Origin: Eledone cirrhosa
Lineage: Eukaryota
NCBI GenBank assembly: GCA_964016885.1
Contig: OZ024742.1
Location: forward strand, 209,684,001 to 209,748,000
Direction: 5' to 3'
Length of the DNA: 64,000 nt
The notes below the pieces were generated by a model. The model saw only the letters and a program-made list of their open reading frames with translations. It was not told where the DNA came from and did not search any database. Made by a program: the position numbers and the translations under genes. Below, piece by piece: positions 1 to 13,300 of the stretch (position 1 is its first letter; each line of letters begins with the position of its first letter).

Positions 1-1690
1 CCTTACAGTTAGCCAAAGTCCCACAACCACTGGTAGCTGCTGTTGAACGCTTGACCAAAGATTGGTACACCTTAGGGGTGAGGAGCAAATTAAGACTGAT
101 ACAATACACTACGAAAGAGGCATCTTTCAGGGTGATAGCTTATCAGTGCTGCTCTTTGTCCTCTCACTAAACCCACTCGAACCACTAAGCCTGCTCACAA
201 AACAAGGTGGTCATAGAAGTGCGTCCAGAAGTATCACCCATCTTTTCTTTGTTGATGACCTGGAGTTGTATGGGCCAAATACCAACTATATTAAAAACCA
301 ATTGAATCTCATTACACAATTTTCTGCAGACAACAGAATGAAATTTGGTAAGTCCAAATGTGCATATTTGACAGTACAACGTGGAAGAGCTGTGCACTCC
401 TCTGGAAATCTAGAGATGAACGGCTTGACAATACAACCTCCACAGTCAGGTGCAAACTACAGAATGTCAGATATGATGGACCCATAAATAAGGAGAGAAC
501 CAGAACCGAATACCTCAGGAGAGTAAAGGAAATATGGTCATCAGAACACTCAGCGTACAACAAATACATTGCCCACAATACTTATGCTGTGCCAATCCTA
601 ATGCCAACATTTGGTCTGCTGAACTAGTCATTGCAAGAACTAAGTGAGATGGATGTAAGAACTCGCAAGCTTCTCAGTCTTACTGGAATCTTTAACATCA
701 ATGGTGATGTGGATAGGCTATACTTTTTACGCAAAGAAGGTGACAGGGGTCTAAAATCCATATTAACATCATATGAGAACCGAATAGTAACACTCAAGCA
801 ACATCTTCAGCAGGAGAAAAAGGTCAGCAACTATCAGCATAAAGGAAATCATTAGCATACCCACTTATCTGGAGGAAAAATATTGAATAAGGCCTGGTAT
901 AAATCTCTCTCCCACGGGAATTGGAAGATCCTATTCAATGCTCGAAGAAGATAAAAGAAAGTGGAGCAATTTACTGAGAAAGTTGTATATGGGTACCTGA
1001 GACGAAAAACACAGACCATAGAGGGGATAAATCATTCAAAAAGCTTGGCATGGAGTTCTGACAAGTCTATGGCATCCCACGTTGAACGATATCCCTATGC
1101 AATACAGGGACAAGAAATCCCTACCAAATATCTGCTACACAAAAGAGGAGGGTCATCAGTCGACAATAAATGTAGGCTTTGTAAAACAAAGATTGAAGTT
1201 GTTAGCCACATTGTTGCCAACTGCGAAAGAATGTCGCCTCGCTACTACCTTCCTATGAGACACGATGTGATAGCTATAACCATCTGGAGGGCACTTACGA
1301 AAACAATATTAAAAACAAATGAGGAGGAATATGTTGAGATAGATGGCTGTAAAGAATACTGGTGGAACCTGAAAATAAAAACTGCCACCAAATTAACTAT
1401 TTGGTCTGATATTGTTGTTTGGGACCACACATTGAAAACGTGTTCTGTTGTAGAGATCAGCTGCCCACTTGATGTCAACGTTGTAAGAAAAATACAAGAG
1501 GAGGACATCTACGGACCATTGCGGAGGAGTCGTGGACAAAGAGCGCAGCTCCCTAATTCATAGACTACAAATGGTTGCGATAGGTAGCACCTTCCAAATT
1601 TGCAAAACATTATTGCGATTCAAGGGATGTCAATTTCCTTTCTTTTACAACCTTGCCAACAGGAATGTGGCCGGGCAAAAATATCGAAAT
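1..1690 (+). mobile_element. Degenerate R4/Dong-like non-LTR retrotransposon (RT + CCHC + restriction-like endonuclease), running off the window start
   Basis: Frameshifted ORFs carry RT motifs GIFQGDSLS..LF.L and HLFFVDDL, thumb motif DRLY..RKEG.RGL, knuckle CRLC..IE...HIVANC, RHD motif and RLE-like DIVVWD...VVEISCP. Confidence 0.85.
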
Positions 1691-1872
1691 TAAGAGAAAG
1701 AGAAATATACATACATACATACATACATTGAATGAAGGTTTCTAAGAGATTATGTCTATACATACAAAAGTGTACTATACGAATGTGTAGAAATTTGCTT
1801 CTGCATCAATAATCATAAGTGTGTGTGTGTGTGTATACATATATATATATATATTGAATACACACACACGGA

Positions 1873-1910
<38 letters not shown>

Positions 1911-1911
1911 A

Positions 1912-2018
1912 AAAAGTATGACCCCGACGGCAGAGCTCAAGCCGTTTCGACGGCTATTTCTGGACTAAATTAGAATTTTTAGTCTGGTAAATAAATAGCC
2001 GAACTTTTCAATGGGTAC
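1912..2018 (-). ncRNA. Hammerhead ribozyme-like motif with variant core UUGAAAA; inverted copy at about 4924-5027 (+)
   Basis: Minus strand reads ACCCA-TTGAAAA-G-TT-CGGCTATTT...AAATAGCCG-TC-GAAA-CGGC-TTGAGCTCT-GCCG-TC-GGGGT; stems II and III pair and a GUC site is present. Confidence 0.55.
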
Positions 2019-2904
2019 TTCCTTATATGGGAAGATTGTAGTTGTCAGAAGAATTGGTCAAAATTTGTTGTAAACACAAATAAGTCTATCATGGCAGTGA
2101 GTGGGAGGTGGGGGTGGCTGAACTTGCCTGTAGAACAATGAGGGAGTGGGTGGAGCCGGTCAAGCTTTGAAAGTGAAATCTATACGGTAAATTTTAAGGA
2201 TTGTGTATGAAAGTAGGCCAGAGGAGGTAGGCGAAAAACGGTTTCTGGAGAAAATAGAGGAGGGAGGTTATAGAATAGGTAAATCAATTGAGATTAGGAG
2301 ACAATAAATAATGAAAATAAATAAAAATAATAAAAAATGATCTGTACTACACATACAGGAAACCAAACGACAACCTGCACTACATCCACCGCCGCTCTAA
2401 CCATCCTGAAACATCACCAATAATCTGGTTAAAAACATAAGAGAAAGATGTATAAAAATAAAAAATTGGATAGTTAGAAGTGATAAAAAACAAAAACTAT
2501 AGAGTCTAAAACAGCTGCTATATTTATTTGGTGTTGCTTTTTCGGCCAATGCTATAGAATGAGTTGAGAATAGAAGATACTAAATAAGAACTAGTAGTAA
2601 AAAGTAATACAAAATCTCTGGTGTCTAACACAGTTGCTATGATTAGTTAGTATAGCGTATTCGGCCAATGCTATTTTTTAAGTTACTGGGGTGAGGGTAC
2701 TGAGCCTACAGAGGCCCGATGGGCTGCCTCGGGGTAGGCGAAATGGGAAAAAAAGAACGAGGAAGAAGATCGGTGGTGGAAGGAGGTGATAGGAGAGACA
2801 AAGGGAAGAAGAACACATAGAGGAAAAGAAAAGAGGTACATCTACCTATGTAAGCTGGGGTTTCCCCTATCTTATTCGGCAAGTGGGGGTGTTTCAGCCC
2901 TTGT

Positions 2905-3558
2905 CTACCCACCCGGATCGTTAGGGGGTTTGAGAGCGAGGTAAGTCTTACGCAATCTGCGTTTGCATGCAATTATCAGTTCGTCTTTTTTGTTTAGGAG
3001 TTGATCCTTCGTAAACAGCATTTGTAATGTTTCCTCCGAGCATAAGTTACACGGACGGCGTCCTCCAGTATAGGAGTTAGCCCTGGACAGTAAGCTCCAA
3101 GTAAGATTGTAAGTTATATTATTATCTTGGAGGTTCCAGATGTGTCCCGAAAGTGTAGTGGCATGTCGCCGGACCGAGTTTGCGAACGTATGTCGGTGTT
3201 GGTAGAGCCGAGTCTTAAAGTCACAAGCCGTTAATCCTATATAAACTTTGTTGGAGGTGTCCGTCCTTACGTTGTACTGGTAGATCACGTTACGTTCTCG
3301 GCATCTGTTGTTGAGGGGGCACGTAGATCTATCAGGGCAGTTACACTTCCTGGTCGGCTCTCCACTGATGTCTAGGTTATTTCTTCCATAGGGGTTCAGT
3401 TTTTTGTTGTTTGAGGAGACGATGTTTTGTGCGAAATTAGGTGTGGTGCTGTAGGAGAGCTTGATAGCGTTTTTGTTGATTATGTTGTGGTAGCGGTGTT
3501 GTAGTGGAAAGTGTTTTTCGAGGAGCCTAAAGAAGATTTTCCCGATAGGTGTTGCCAC
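2905..3558 (-). pseudogene. C-terminal GIY-YIG endonuclease segment of the Penelope-like ORF
   Basis: 217-aa open frame with CxCx5C, VIY/YIG and CNLC..E motifs; the upstream RT is frameshifted. Confidence 0.85.
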
Positions 3559-5127
3559 CTCGGCATTGTGGGGAGGATTAAACCACGTTACATGGCGTGA
3601 GCGGCAGCGTCGCCTGCTGGTTCCGCTAAGGGAAGCTGGATAAAAGGATATTTCCTCCCGGAAGCCACTCCGCTTGAGGCATGGTTGTAATGAGGCGCAT
3701 GTTCGTCGAATATCTGCTCATTAGCGGACAAACGAGATATGCGGAGGGAGATGTTTTTAACCAGATTATTGGTGATGTTTCAGGATGGTTAGAGCGGCGG
3801 TGGATGTAGTGCAGGTTGTCGTTTGGTTTCCTGTATGGGTAGTACAGATCATTTTCGAGGTTGAGGGTAACGTCCAGGAAATTGACTCGGGTTAGGGACG
3901 TTTGTAGGGTGATTTTATATGCTCAGTCCTGGAAGAAGTTGATTAGTTGTTTGCGGACCCGGTCTGTACTACTGGGGTTGTACCCTTTGAGGGTAAAGAT
4001 CACATCATCTCGGTACAATCCACCGCCGAATGCAGGAACATTTCGGTGAGTTTAAATAGTAGGAATAATCTTATAAGATCGGAGAGCTCGGCCGAATCGG
4101 TCGCGCCCATACTGACGTCGAAGGGGAAGTCGGGAGCTCACTTTAATCTCTTCGAGTTATCGAAAAGTAGGACTGTCTTCCTGACGTGGAGAATGATATT
4201 TATTTCCTAGTCGGTAATGGGTGTGAGTGTTTTCGCAAAGTCCAAGGCGGCCGTAAGGAGCGGTAAGGTAATAGATACATAATAACTCTCTATGTCAAAC
4301 TAGATGAATATTGTGTCCCGTTTGTCCTCAATATTCCTGAACCATGAGATTACTTCCAGGGTGCTGACCCATAGGCTAAGTCTCGCGTTTTGCTTAACTT
4401 TTGGTATAACGCGGTCTAGGATCTTTTTACTGATTCTCCCTATGTCCGACTTTGTCGGGTTTATAAGTCTGGTGGATGGTTTGCGGTCGAAGTCGGATTT
4501 GTGGTCCTTCAGTGTGAAGTAGGGAGTCCGTCGGTCGAGGGGTTCAGTGCGGTCTGCTACCCCGAGGCTGGAGGTAATTTGTTGTCCATCTAGATTTATG
4601 TCCTCGATAATTGAATGGTTAGCCTTTTTATAGGTAGAGTTTCCTAATTTCAATTGATTTACCCATTCTATAACGTCCCTTCTCTATTTTCTCCAGAAAC
4701 CTTTTTTTACCTACCTCCTCTGGCCTACTTTCATACACAAATCCTTAGAATTTGCCGTATAGATTTCACTTTCAAAGCTTGACCGGCTCCACCCACTCCC
4801 TCATTGTTCTACAGGCAAGTTCAGCCACCCCCAACTCCCACCCACTGCCATGATAGACTTATTTGTGTTTACACCAAATTTTGACCAATCCTCTTGACAA
4901 CTACAATCTTCCCATATAAGGATGTACCCATTGAAAAGTTCGGCTATTTATTTACCAGACTAAAAATTCTAATTTAGTCCAGAAACAGTCGTCGAAACGG
5001 CTTAAGCTCTGCCGTCGGGGTCATACTTTTTCCTATTATACACTCTACTACCCTAAGTATTGAGTACTCTGGTGCGTTATGGTCCATCTGGTTCCTTACC
5101 ACAACTCCTTCGTTATATATATATATA

Positions 5128-6274
5128 GTAATAATAATAAATTTGAAGACTAAAACCCAAAAAGGGCTCGATAAGGATAAATGTATATCAAATATATAAG
5201 AATCGTAGAGCAAATATTTATTAAAATAACAGATTAAAGTTTAAGCAAAGAATCGCTGCTCTCACTCTTAACGGGATCTTCTAAACTAAAAAAATCAATC
5301 TGTGAGCGCAAAAGTAAATATTTCGAAAAACATTCCAACCGAAGGAAGACAGAAAGACGATACTTTGGTGTGAGTATGCGGGTTCGCACATATGTAGAGT
5401 GTGTGTATATGTGTACCTTGTGTTTTGATTGGCGTACGTTTAGCGAACATATGTGTATTTACATGTAGGTATGTGTGTGCGCGCGTTATATACGTATTTA
5501 TGTGTGTATATTTATATACGTCTATATAATTATATGTATACACGATTACACACACACACATATATATATATATATTTTATATATATTTTTATGTGTATTT
5601 GGTGTATACGTTCGTATGCGTGCGGGTACAGGCGTTGCGTGGGTTCTGTATGTGCGTGCGTGGTTTTGTGTACGTGCTTGTATTTGCATACCCATGGCAG
5701 GTGTTTTCGTGTATGCATGTGTATGTACGTATATAGATGCGTGCATGTATATATTTAATTTTTGTTGATTTCAATCACCTCTGTAATTTTTTTACATTAT
5801 TCTTAACTCTAAAGCCGAGAATAATTCGGTTTCCTAAATAGAATTTTAGTCTACAACTTCAGTTATACCATAAACGTGGTTTTGTCTTTACGTGTAATTG
5901 TTCTCAACGGTCCGCATAATGACGTATTATCTTCGTTTTTTTCATTCATTGCCAGAGAACGTCTCCACGAACCATCTAATAGAATATTAGTCTACGACTT
6001 CATTTATACCATAAACTTGGTTTTGTCTCTGCGTGTAATTAATTGTTTTCACCGCTCCAAATAATGATGTATTATCTTCGTTTTTTTTTTCGTTCTTTGC
6101 CAGGGAACCTTTCCACGAATCTTAGTATCGTCTTCCTGCCTTCCTTCGGTTGCAACGTTTTTCGAAATATTTAATTCTGCGTTCACAGATTGATTGTTTC
6201 TTAGTTTTAGAAGATCCCGTTAAGGGTGAAAGCAGTTTTTTCTTTGCTTAAACTTTAATCTGTTATTTTAATAT
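5128..6274. repeat. Non-coding element with ~150-bp inverted repeats (5216-5364 / 6124-6274) and an internal ~140-bp tandem duplication (about 5838-6120)
   Basis: Reverse-complement match seen directly; the left end recurs at 33505-33660. Confidence 0.7.
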
Positions 6275-6725
6275 ATATATATATTTGCCTGTAGCCTCCT
6301 TCCTCCCATTTTCGGGACAGTGTGAGATTTTCTTTAGAACTGCTGGACTAACAACCTAGCAGTCCCCTCAAGCACTGATGGTGATTATCGCTAAATATTG
6401 ATGTTGATTTGGTTATCAATATTAATGTTATTGGGCACCCACTGAAGATTTATAAGTGCCCACTTGAATAAGTATCTGTTGATCAAGCTTCTACATAACT
6501 TGGTATAATTTCACCCAACTTGTAGAAATCTTATAATGAAACGATTCGTTTGGGAAATGATATATTTGATATATCTCATATAAAATAATACAGCCAATTA
6601 TCCACACAATACAATATAGTTAGCACCCCAAACGTTTAATTGGGAATATACTCAGGTATTTCCTAATGTTTGTTGAGTGAGTTGGAATTTGGCCGGAGTA
6701 TCGCTTTTAGCTTTCCCCGATTATG

Positions 6726-6728
<3 letters not shown>

Positions 6729-6798
<70 letters not shown>
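6729..6798. repeat. (TA)n microsatellite
   Basis: Direct observation. Confidence 0.95.
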
Positions 6799-6801
<3 letters not shown>

Positions 6802-7235
6802 GATTATCGCCATGACAGCTAGAGAATAATTAATTTTTTCTTTCTTATCCGCCTTCATATTTCACTCATTTTCTTTTTAGTGTTCTTCTACAAGTCTAAT
6901 AGGCAACAACTGTGACAAGAAAAAGAAAACTACGACTCCTATCCATGTACATTCAATAACTGTTAGTTTCTACTTTCTTATCGGCTATTCCTTTCTAGTA
7001 GCAACTATTAGTATAGTAGTCAATTGTATTGGATATCATATTAATATATTATCTTACAGCGCTCTCATTCTTATTAAGTATTGAGAAATAAGATATTTAT
7101 TAAAGATCGCAATCTGCAGCCATTTCCCCTCTGGGTCTCATATGACCTGTTGCTATTATTACTATTATCATTATTTATGTTTTATGCATTAGTATTGTTG
7201 TTTTTATTATTATTATTTTTATTATTATTATTATT

Positions 7236-7846
7236 GGAGTCTCAGTCATTGATGTTATTTAACTGGAAAGTTTGTTCAAATCAACATCAAGCAGCTGCCT
7301 GCAGTCTCAGATATTCAGGACATATCGGGGAGTTCTTGCTGTTACCAGCAAGCGTGCCTTTTGAAGTGGTCCAAAGAACGGGGCTGGACTAATCTTCTTT
7401 AACCATCCTTGGAAACTCTGTGAGATAGTACCTAGTGCTCCTATGACAATTGAGACGACCTTGATCTCATGACATTCTTTTTAAATGCTCTTTAACATCC
7501 ACTTTAAATCCTGGTATCGGTTAATTTTCTCCTTCTCCTTTTATTCAACTCTCGTGTCAAGGGGGCAGGCTACATCTACAATCAGGCACGATCTTTTTCC
7601 TTGTCAAAAGCCACCAGGTCAGGCTTATTGTGTTCTAATTTGTTGTCTGTCTGTGTCCTGAAATCCCATAGCACCTTCACTTGATCGTTTTCTATCACCG
7701 ACTCTGGCTTCTGTTCATAGCACTTCTCAGATTGTAGTAAATTATTTAATTTGCATAGAATCATCTTGCCTATTATAGCATGCCTCCAGCCTTTATAGTG
7801 ATTCTGGGCTAGGTGTTTACACTGGGATACGATGTGAGCCACAGTC

Positions 7847-7893
<47 letters not shown>

Positions 7894-10327
7894 CATAGAT
7901 CCTACTTCCTCCTTATCAATATGGTCTTTCAGCCACTTCATTCTGAGAGCGTGTTCTTGTTCAGCCATTAGCATTCCTTCTGTAGCTTTTTTTAAGTCTC
8001 CTCTTTTTAACCAGTTCCATATCAGTGGATCTCTGAATTCCGTTTTCTTAAAGAATGTGCTATGAAGGGATTTTTCATGAAGGTTGCTCTCCCTCTTTGT
8101 TTTTATTTCCTCCTGGTCTATTGTATTCTCCTTCAGTTCAGCTTTGAGCATTGGTTCCCTACTCTCAGACACATATTTGTGCAGACTATTTTTCTCCATC
8201 TGAACACAGTCCTCTATGCTGATAAGACCTCTTCCACCTTCAAATCTATTTAAGTAGAGTCTATCAACATCACTCCTTTTGTGGAACATGCTGTAGGTTG
8301 TCATTAGCTTCCTAGTCTTTCTATCCATTTTGCTTTGTTTAGTAACATTACATTCCCGCACTGTACCAAATAATAGACACAGCTCAGGAATTTACTGCAC
8401 TTACGACATTCCTAATATTTAGATGTGATTTTAGTATGTTCCTTACTCTTCTTATGTATTCAGATCTTATCAATTCCTTCATTCTTTTTTGTTCTTGATG
8501 TCATCTGCCTCCAGAATACCTAAATATTTGTATCCCTCTTCAGTGTCGATTTCCTTTATCGTCTCACCTCTTGGTACCTGGATTCCATTGCTTCTGTTCT
8601 ATATAGCCCTCGTCATCACTAGGACTCCACACTTATGAAGATAAAATCCCATACATATATCATTGCTGGAAATACGGACAGAGTTAACAAGTACAACCAA
8701 CTTCTCCCTTTTCTCCAAGATTTTTAGGTCGTCCATGAAGAGGAGGTGGTTGATGGTAAGCTCTCCTCTTCCAAGCTTGTATCCTACTTTCGCTTTTCAC
8801 AATATGAGGGACAAGTATATCAGGGTAAGGACAAACAACAAAGGGGACAAACTATCTCCATGGAAGGTACCTAAGGATTCTCCACCTGATGTTAGTTGTT
8901 TCCCAGGACTTCATATTTTTCCTTATTAGCTGGCTGATGTTTTCTGCCACCTTGAAGATATCTAGGCTTTTGGTTATCCAAGAATATGGAACTATGTCGA
9001 ATGCCTTCTTGTAATCTATCCATCGCATGGCAAGACCAGTGTGCCTCCTCTTGCAATTCCTTATTGCCATCTTATCAACAAGTAACTGGCCTTTCGTACC
9101 ACATGACTTTTTTCGCATCTTTTCTATTCGTCCGGTAACAAGTTGTTTACATGTAGGTGATAGTAGATTTCCTCAGACACAATGTTTGTTAACAGTTTCC
9201 ACATTACGGACAGACATATGATAGGCTAATAGCTGGAAACCGCATTTATATTGATTCGATCTTTCATTATCAGAACTGTGGTACCTTTTGTCAACCACTC
9301 TGGTACTTCACCCGACATCAAGCAGTCATTGAACATGGCTGTCAGTTTTGGGTGGAAGGTTGTTATAATTTTTAACCAATATCCTTGCACACCATCGGGC
9401 CTGGTGATTTCCCGTTGGTTAGTTTTTTGGCCTGGTTTTTAAGAGTTTCAGCTGTGATGTTCAAATCAGGTTGTTGGTGTGCTTGTTCACTAATCTGCTT
9501 TTTAACTGTCTCAATCCACACTGCCTGACTGTTATGTTCAACATCCTCTCTCCCATATTCCTCTCCAGAATGCTTTAGTTTTTTCAACTTCAGGGATAAC
9601 GTTGTTACCTCTTTCTTTCCCGTCAAGCTGTTCAAATAACATCTTCTGGTTGTTGTCAAACATGCGGTTCTGTCTATACTGATTAACTTTGTTCTCATAC
9701 CACCTAATCTTTGTGCTTTTTGCTACTATGCGTTGCTTCAGTTCCTCTTTGATAACATTTAGCCCTTTTCCCTTAGTGTTATATTTTATTTTCAATCTAT
9801 ATTTAGTGTCTATGTTTTGCAATGTCCCATTTTGTACAGATTCAAGCTTTCCAATGTCTTTTCTCATTTCCTTGATTTGACTTTTCAGTCGTTTCTTCCA
9901 CCAAGGCTCTGATCTTTCTTGTTTATTGTTTCCTTTCGTGTTTATACCAAGTAATTTAATATTTTCACCACATTTGCGGTTGCTTTGATGATTGCGGTCG
10001 CCTCAATGTATGGGATGACACTGTTTACCTTAGCTCTCTTTTCTTTTAACACTTTCCTGTCTACAAATCTTAGGTTCATAGGTTTTCCACTATCATCGTT
10101 CATTTCATCTACCACTAAGTTCAGAATATCAACAAAATCTTGGACTAACCCGTCAGCATTCATTTCCACAATGGCCGTATCTTTGTCCAAATGTTATTTA
10201 TTTCAGCATTCAGATCATTGTCAGCTTCGGTTTATTCCCCAGGTGTCTCGACCTCTTCACCCTTATTTCCCACTGGCTCATTTGCCTGATATACCCCACT
10301 CTCCATTTCCAACTCAATCTCTCCGCT
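7236..10327 (-). mobile_element. 5'-truncated degenerate Dong/R4-clade LINE ending in (AAT)n
   Basis: Motifs [64 protein letters not shown]...HNKPD; the 3' UTR abuts (ATT)n at about 7205-7235. Confidence 0.9.
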
Positions 10328-13300
10328 CAGTAAACGTCCCGGCAGAGGTAATTGAAGCAAAGGAGAGGAGGACTTTAAAATATCGATGCATTTCGGTCAA
10401 ATCTTGAAAATCCGAGAATGCCTCCGAAAGACAGTAGAGGCAGCACTGAAATGCATCGATAATGATGACATAGACAATATAACAAAGGCCAGACAATTTG
10501 GGAGCATCTTGGTGCTTTTCAACTGAGGCCCTTGCTATAAAGCATTCTATAGTCCTCTGCAAAATGGATCAAATCATTTTGTACTCGTCCTACATGGGGA
10601 GAAGAACAGTAAGGGTCCGTGTTCCCAGGATTCCACCAGGAGTGGGTTTATGGTGGCTCGTGGGATGCGTAGCGGTAGAGGTCCCTGACACCAACCTCGA
10701 CGTTAAATGTACAAAGAGAGGGAGGTGGTCAGGGACTGGTTTGGAGATTCTTCTCCAAATCAGACCTGAAGACATAATAAACATACTGGACCACATCAGA
10801 CTACCGGACGGGTATGAAAAAAAAAATCCAGGTAGTCACAGAGGGCAAACGGCCGCATTGTTTCGTGTGTGGGGTAGCCACACACCTGAGAGCCTTTTGC
10901 CCCCAACTAAAAACTGCAGAGGGATGCAAACCTCCGTTGATGCCAACACTGGTGTCGGGAGGAGGGACAACACCAGCAGCAACAGTAAATGAAACAGCAC
11001 CATTAACAATTAGATCCACCCAGGTTGTTTCCCAAATAAACTCTCCCTCTCTCCCTCTTTAAAACGCATACACACAGAACAAAATGCACACACCCGTAAA
11101 CACACTCCCACTCCCCTCTGACACAGAGTCCCCAGACACAAGTTCCTCCATTTCTCATTGTGAATGAGGGAGCGATTTTTGGCACCTGCACCCTCAAAGT
11201 GCATCCCAAATACTGCAATTGGTGTGGATGCCAATACAAACTTATAACAATACTAGGGAGTGCTTTCCAGATGACGTTGGAACCCCTAATGTAAAAGCCA
11301 AGAGTAGGATCCTGAAGGGGTTCCCAAAGGAAATCTCACCAACCATAGAGGTCAAACCACCCGACCTCCACAAGACTCCGGGAAGTAAGTAAACCTTTCC
11401 TCTCTCCTTTAGCCTGCCAACATGGCCATATAAAGAGTAGGATGTTTAAATGTTCGTGGTCTGTGGTCGCTGTGGAAGCAGGGTCGCCTGCTCATCGACG
11501 TTAGGTCTCAGGAAATTGATATAATTGCCATCAGCGAGACCAGGATTTCCGACAAGCGCGCATAGCCCTCATTTTCGAAGACTATCAGATCTTCGCATCT
11601 GTTAGTCGACCGGGAATGGGATGTTGTTTAGGAAAGGCCTGGAACTCGAGGTAAGGTCGATCTTCCGGGACCCAGACAATAAGTTGGTGGTCCTGGGCGT
11701 GAACAGTGTCAAAGGTGGTACCTTTAAACTGGTGGCCATCTACGCCCTTACCGGGGCCGGACGGCCGGACTTCTTTAAACGACTAAAAGCCTTTCTGGGT
11801 ATGTCTCGCCCTTTACTGTTAGCGGGAGACTGGAATGGCATCTTAGGCGCACGCTGGGATTGTGTGTTAGCAGCCGATAGGAGTTGGGGGTGAAAAAGCC
11901 TCAAGTACCTGATCAACCAGTTCCAACAGTCTGTCGGTACCAATTTCCCTAATGCGCCAATGTGGACCTGGATTAACCGCATAGGGTCATCTAGATCGTA
12001 TATAGACGATTTTCATTAGGAAAATAGATAGAAATAGTGTAGGCTGTCCACGTTTTAAAACGGTCGCCTATTCAGATCACAAGTTTGTGATCTGCATGGT
12101 CGACATAGATAAGATGCGTAGGTTAGGACCTGGTTACTGGAAGCTGAACATGTCGTTTTCGGCACATAAGGCTTACAAGGACCGAATCAACAATTTAGTT
12201 AAGTAAACATTGACAGGGGGTGGTGGTCAACAACAGATGGTGGGGGACTCTCAAAAGAGAGATTAGAGTAATGTCGATAGGGTTTAGCAAAGAAGTAGTG
12301 TTAGAGAAAAATAGAAAGGAGGGAGAGATGGTAGCTAAGTTAGACGCGGCTATTTGTAGCGGCATTGCAACTGACGTGCTAACGGCAAGGATGGTTAGGC
12401 CATTTCTTCAATTTGAGACACGAAGTTTGCATTGTCAGAACTAAGGTGTGTACTCTGAGAAACAGGGGAACCAAAGCTGTTCGATGGGCTCGCGTGGCAG
12501 AGGCACAGCATGGTCATAAAACAATAATTCGGTCTTTGACGGACCGACACAGACACGAGCTTAGCGATTCCAGGGGGATGTGTGAAGCCTTTCACCAAAA
12601 CTTTACTCGGTTGTTCGCGAGAAGTGGCGGGTCGGAGACAATAGCGGACTTCAGTCTCTACCTCGACGGCTTGCGCGCCTCTCGACGGCCGACGCTGAGC
12701 GTTGCGAAAGGCCGATGACTTCAGCTGAAAATCAGGATGCCCTTGTCGGCTGTACGAGGCTCAAGTCATTCGGTTTGGATGGTCTGCCCTACGAGCTTTA
12801 CGTAAATAAGCCAGGCTTGTTAGCCAGGCTGGTTCTCCGAACTCCTCGAAGCGCTCTACTGCACCTGGCAGCAAAACGGGAGTATTCCCAGTTCTGTGAG
12901 CCGAGGAGTAGTGACGCTGATAAGGAAATACGAGAACAAGAGGATCACATAAGAGAACTTCAGGCCGATAATTCTGCTCAACACAGAGTTATGGGCCCGA
13001 AGATTTTGGGCAATGTGTTAGCAAAGAGATTGGCGCTTGTCGTCGAAGATTTGGTTCGAGAGGCGCAACATTCCGCAATCCCGACCAGGTCCATATACGA
13101 CAACCTCCACCTCATGCGATACATCATAGAGAGGGTACGGTGTAAACCAGGCTTCGGTGGGGATCTGACCAATTTAGATTAATCGACAGCATTCGATAGG
13201 GTCGACAATCGGTACCTGGAGGCTGCCTTCAAGGCAGCTGGCTTCGGCCCCTCTTCAGAGGCTGGATCGCTGCAATGCACAGCGGCATCAGCTCGGTTGT

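Larger units (their letters stand above)
1907..5036 (-). mobile_element. 5'-truncated Penelope-like element (Naiad-type) with ~385-bp inverted terminal repeats
   Basis: Minus-strand RT (TLKDHK..F...P.TRLINP.KS, MGA.DSAE, GLYRDD) and GIY-YIG endonuclease (VIYQY...VYIGLT..FKTR) after a CNCPDRSTC (CxCx5C) linker; 1907-2290 is the reverse complement of 4651-5036; (TA)n on the left. Confidence 0.9.
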
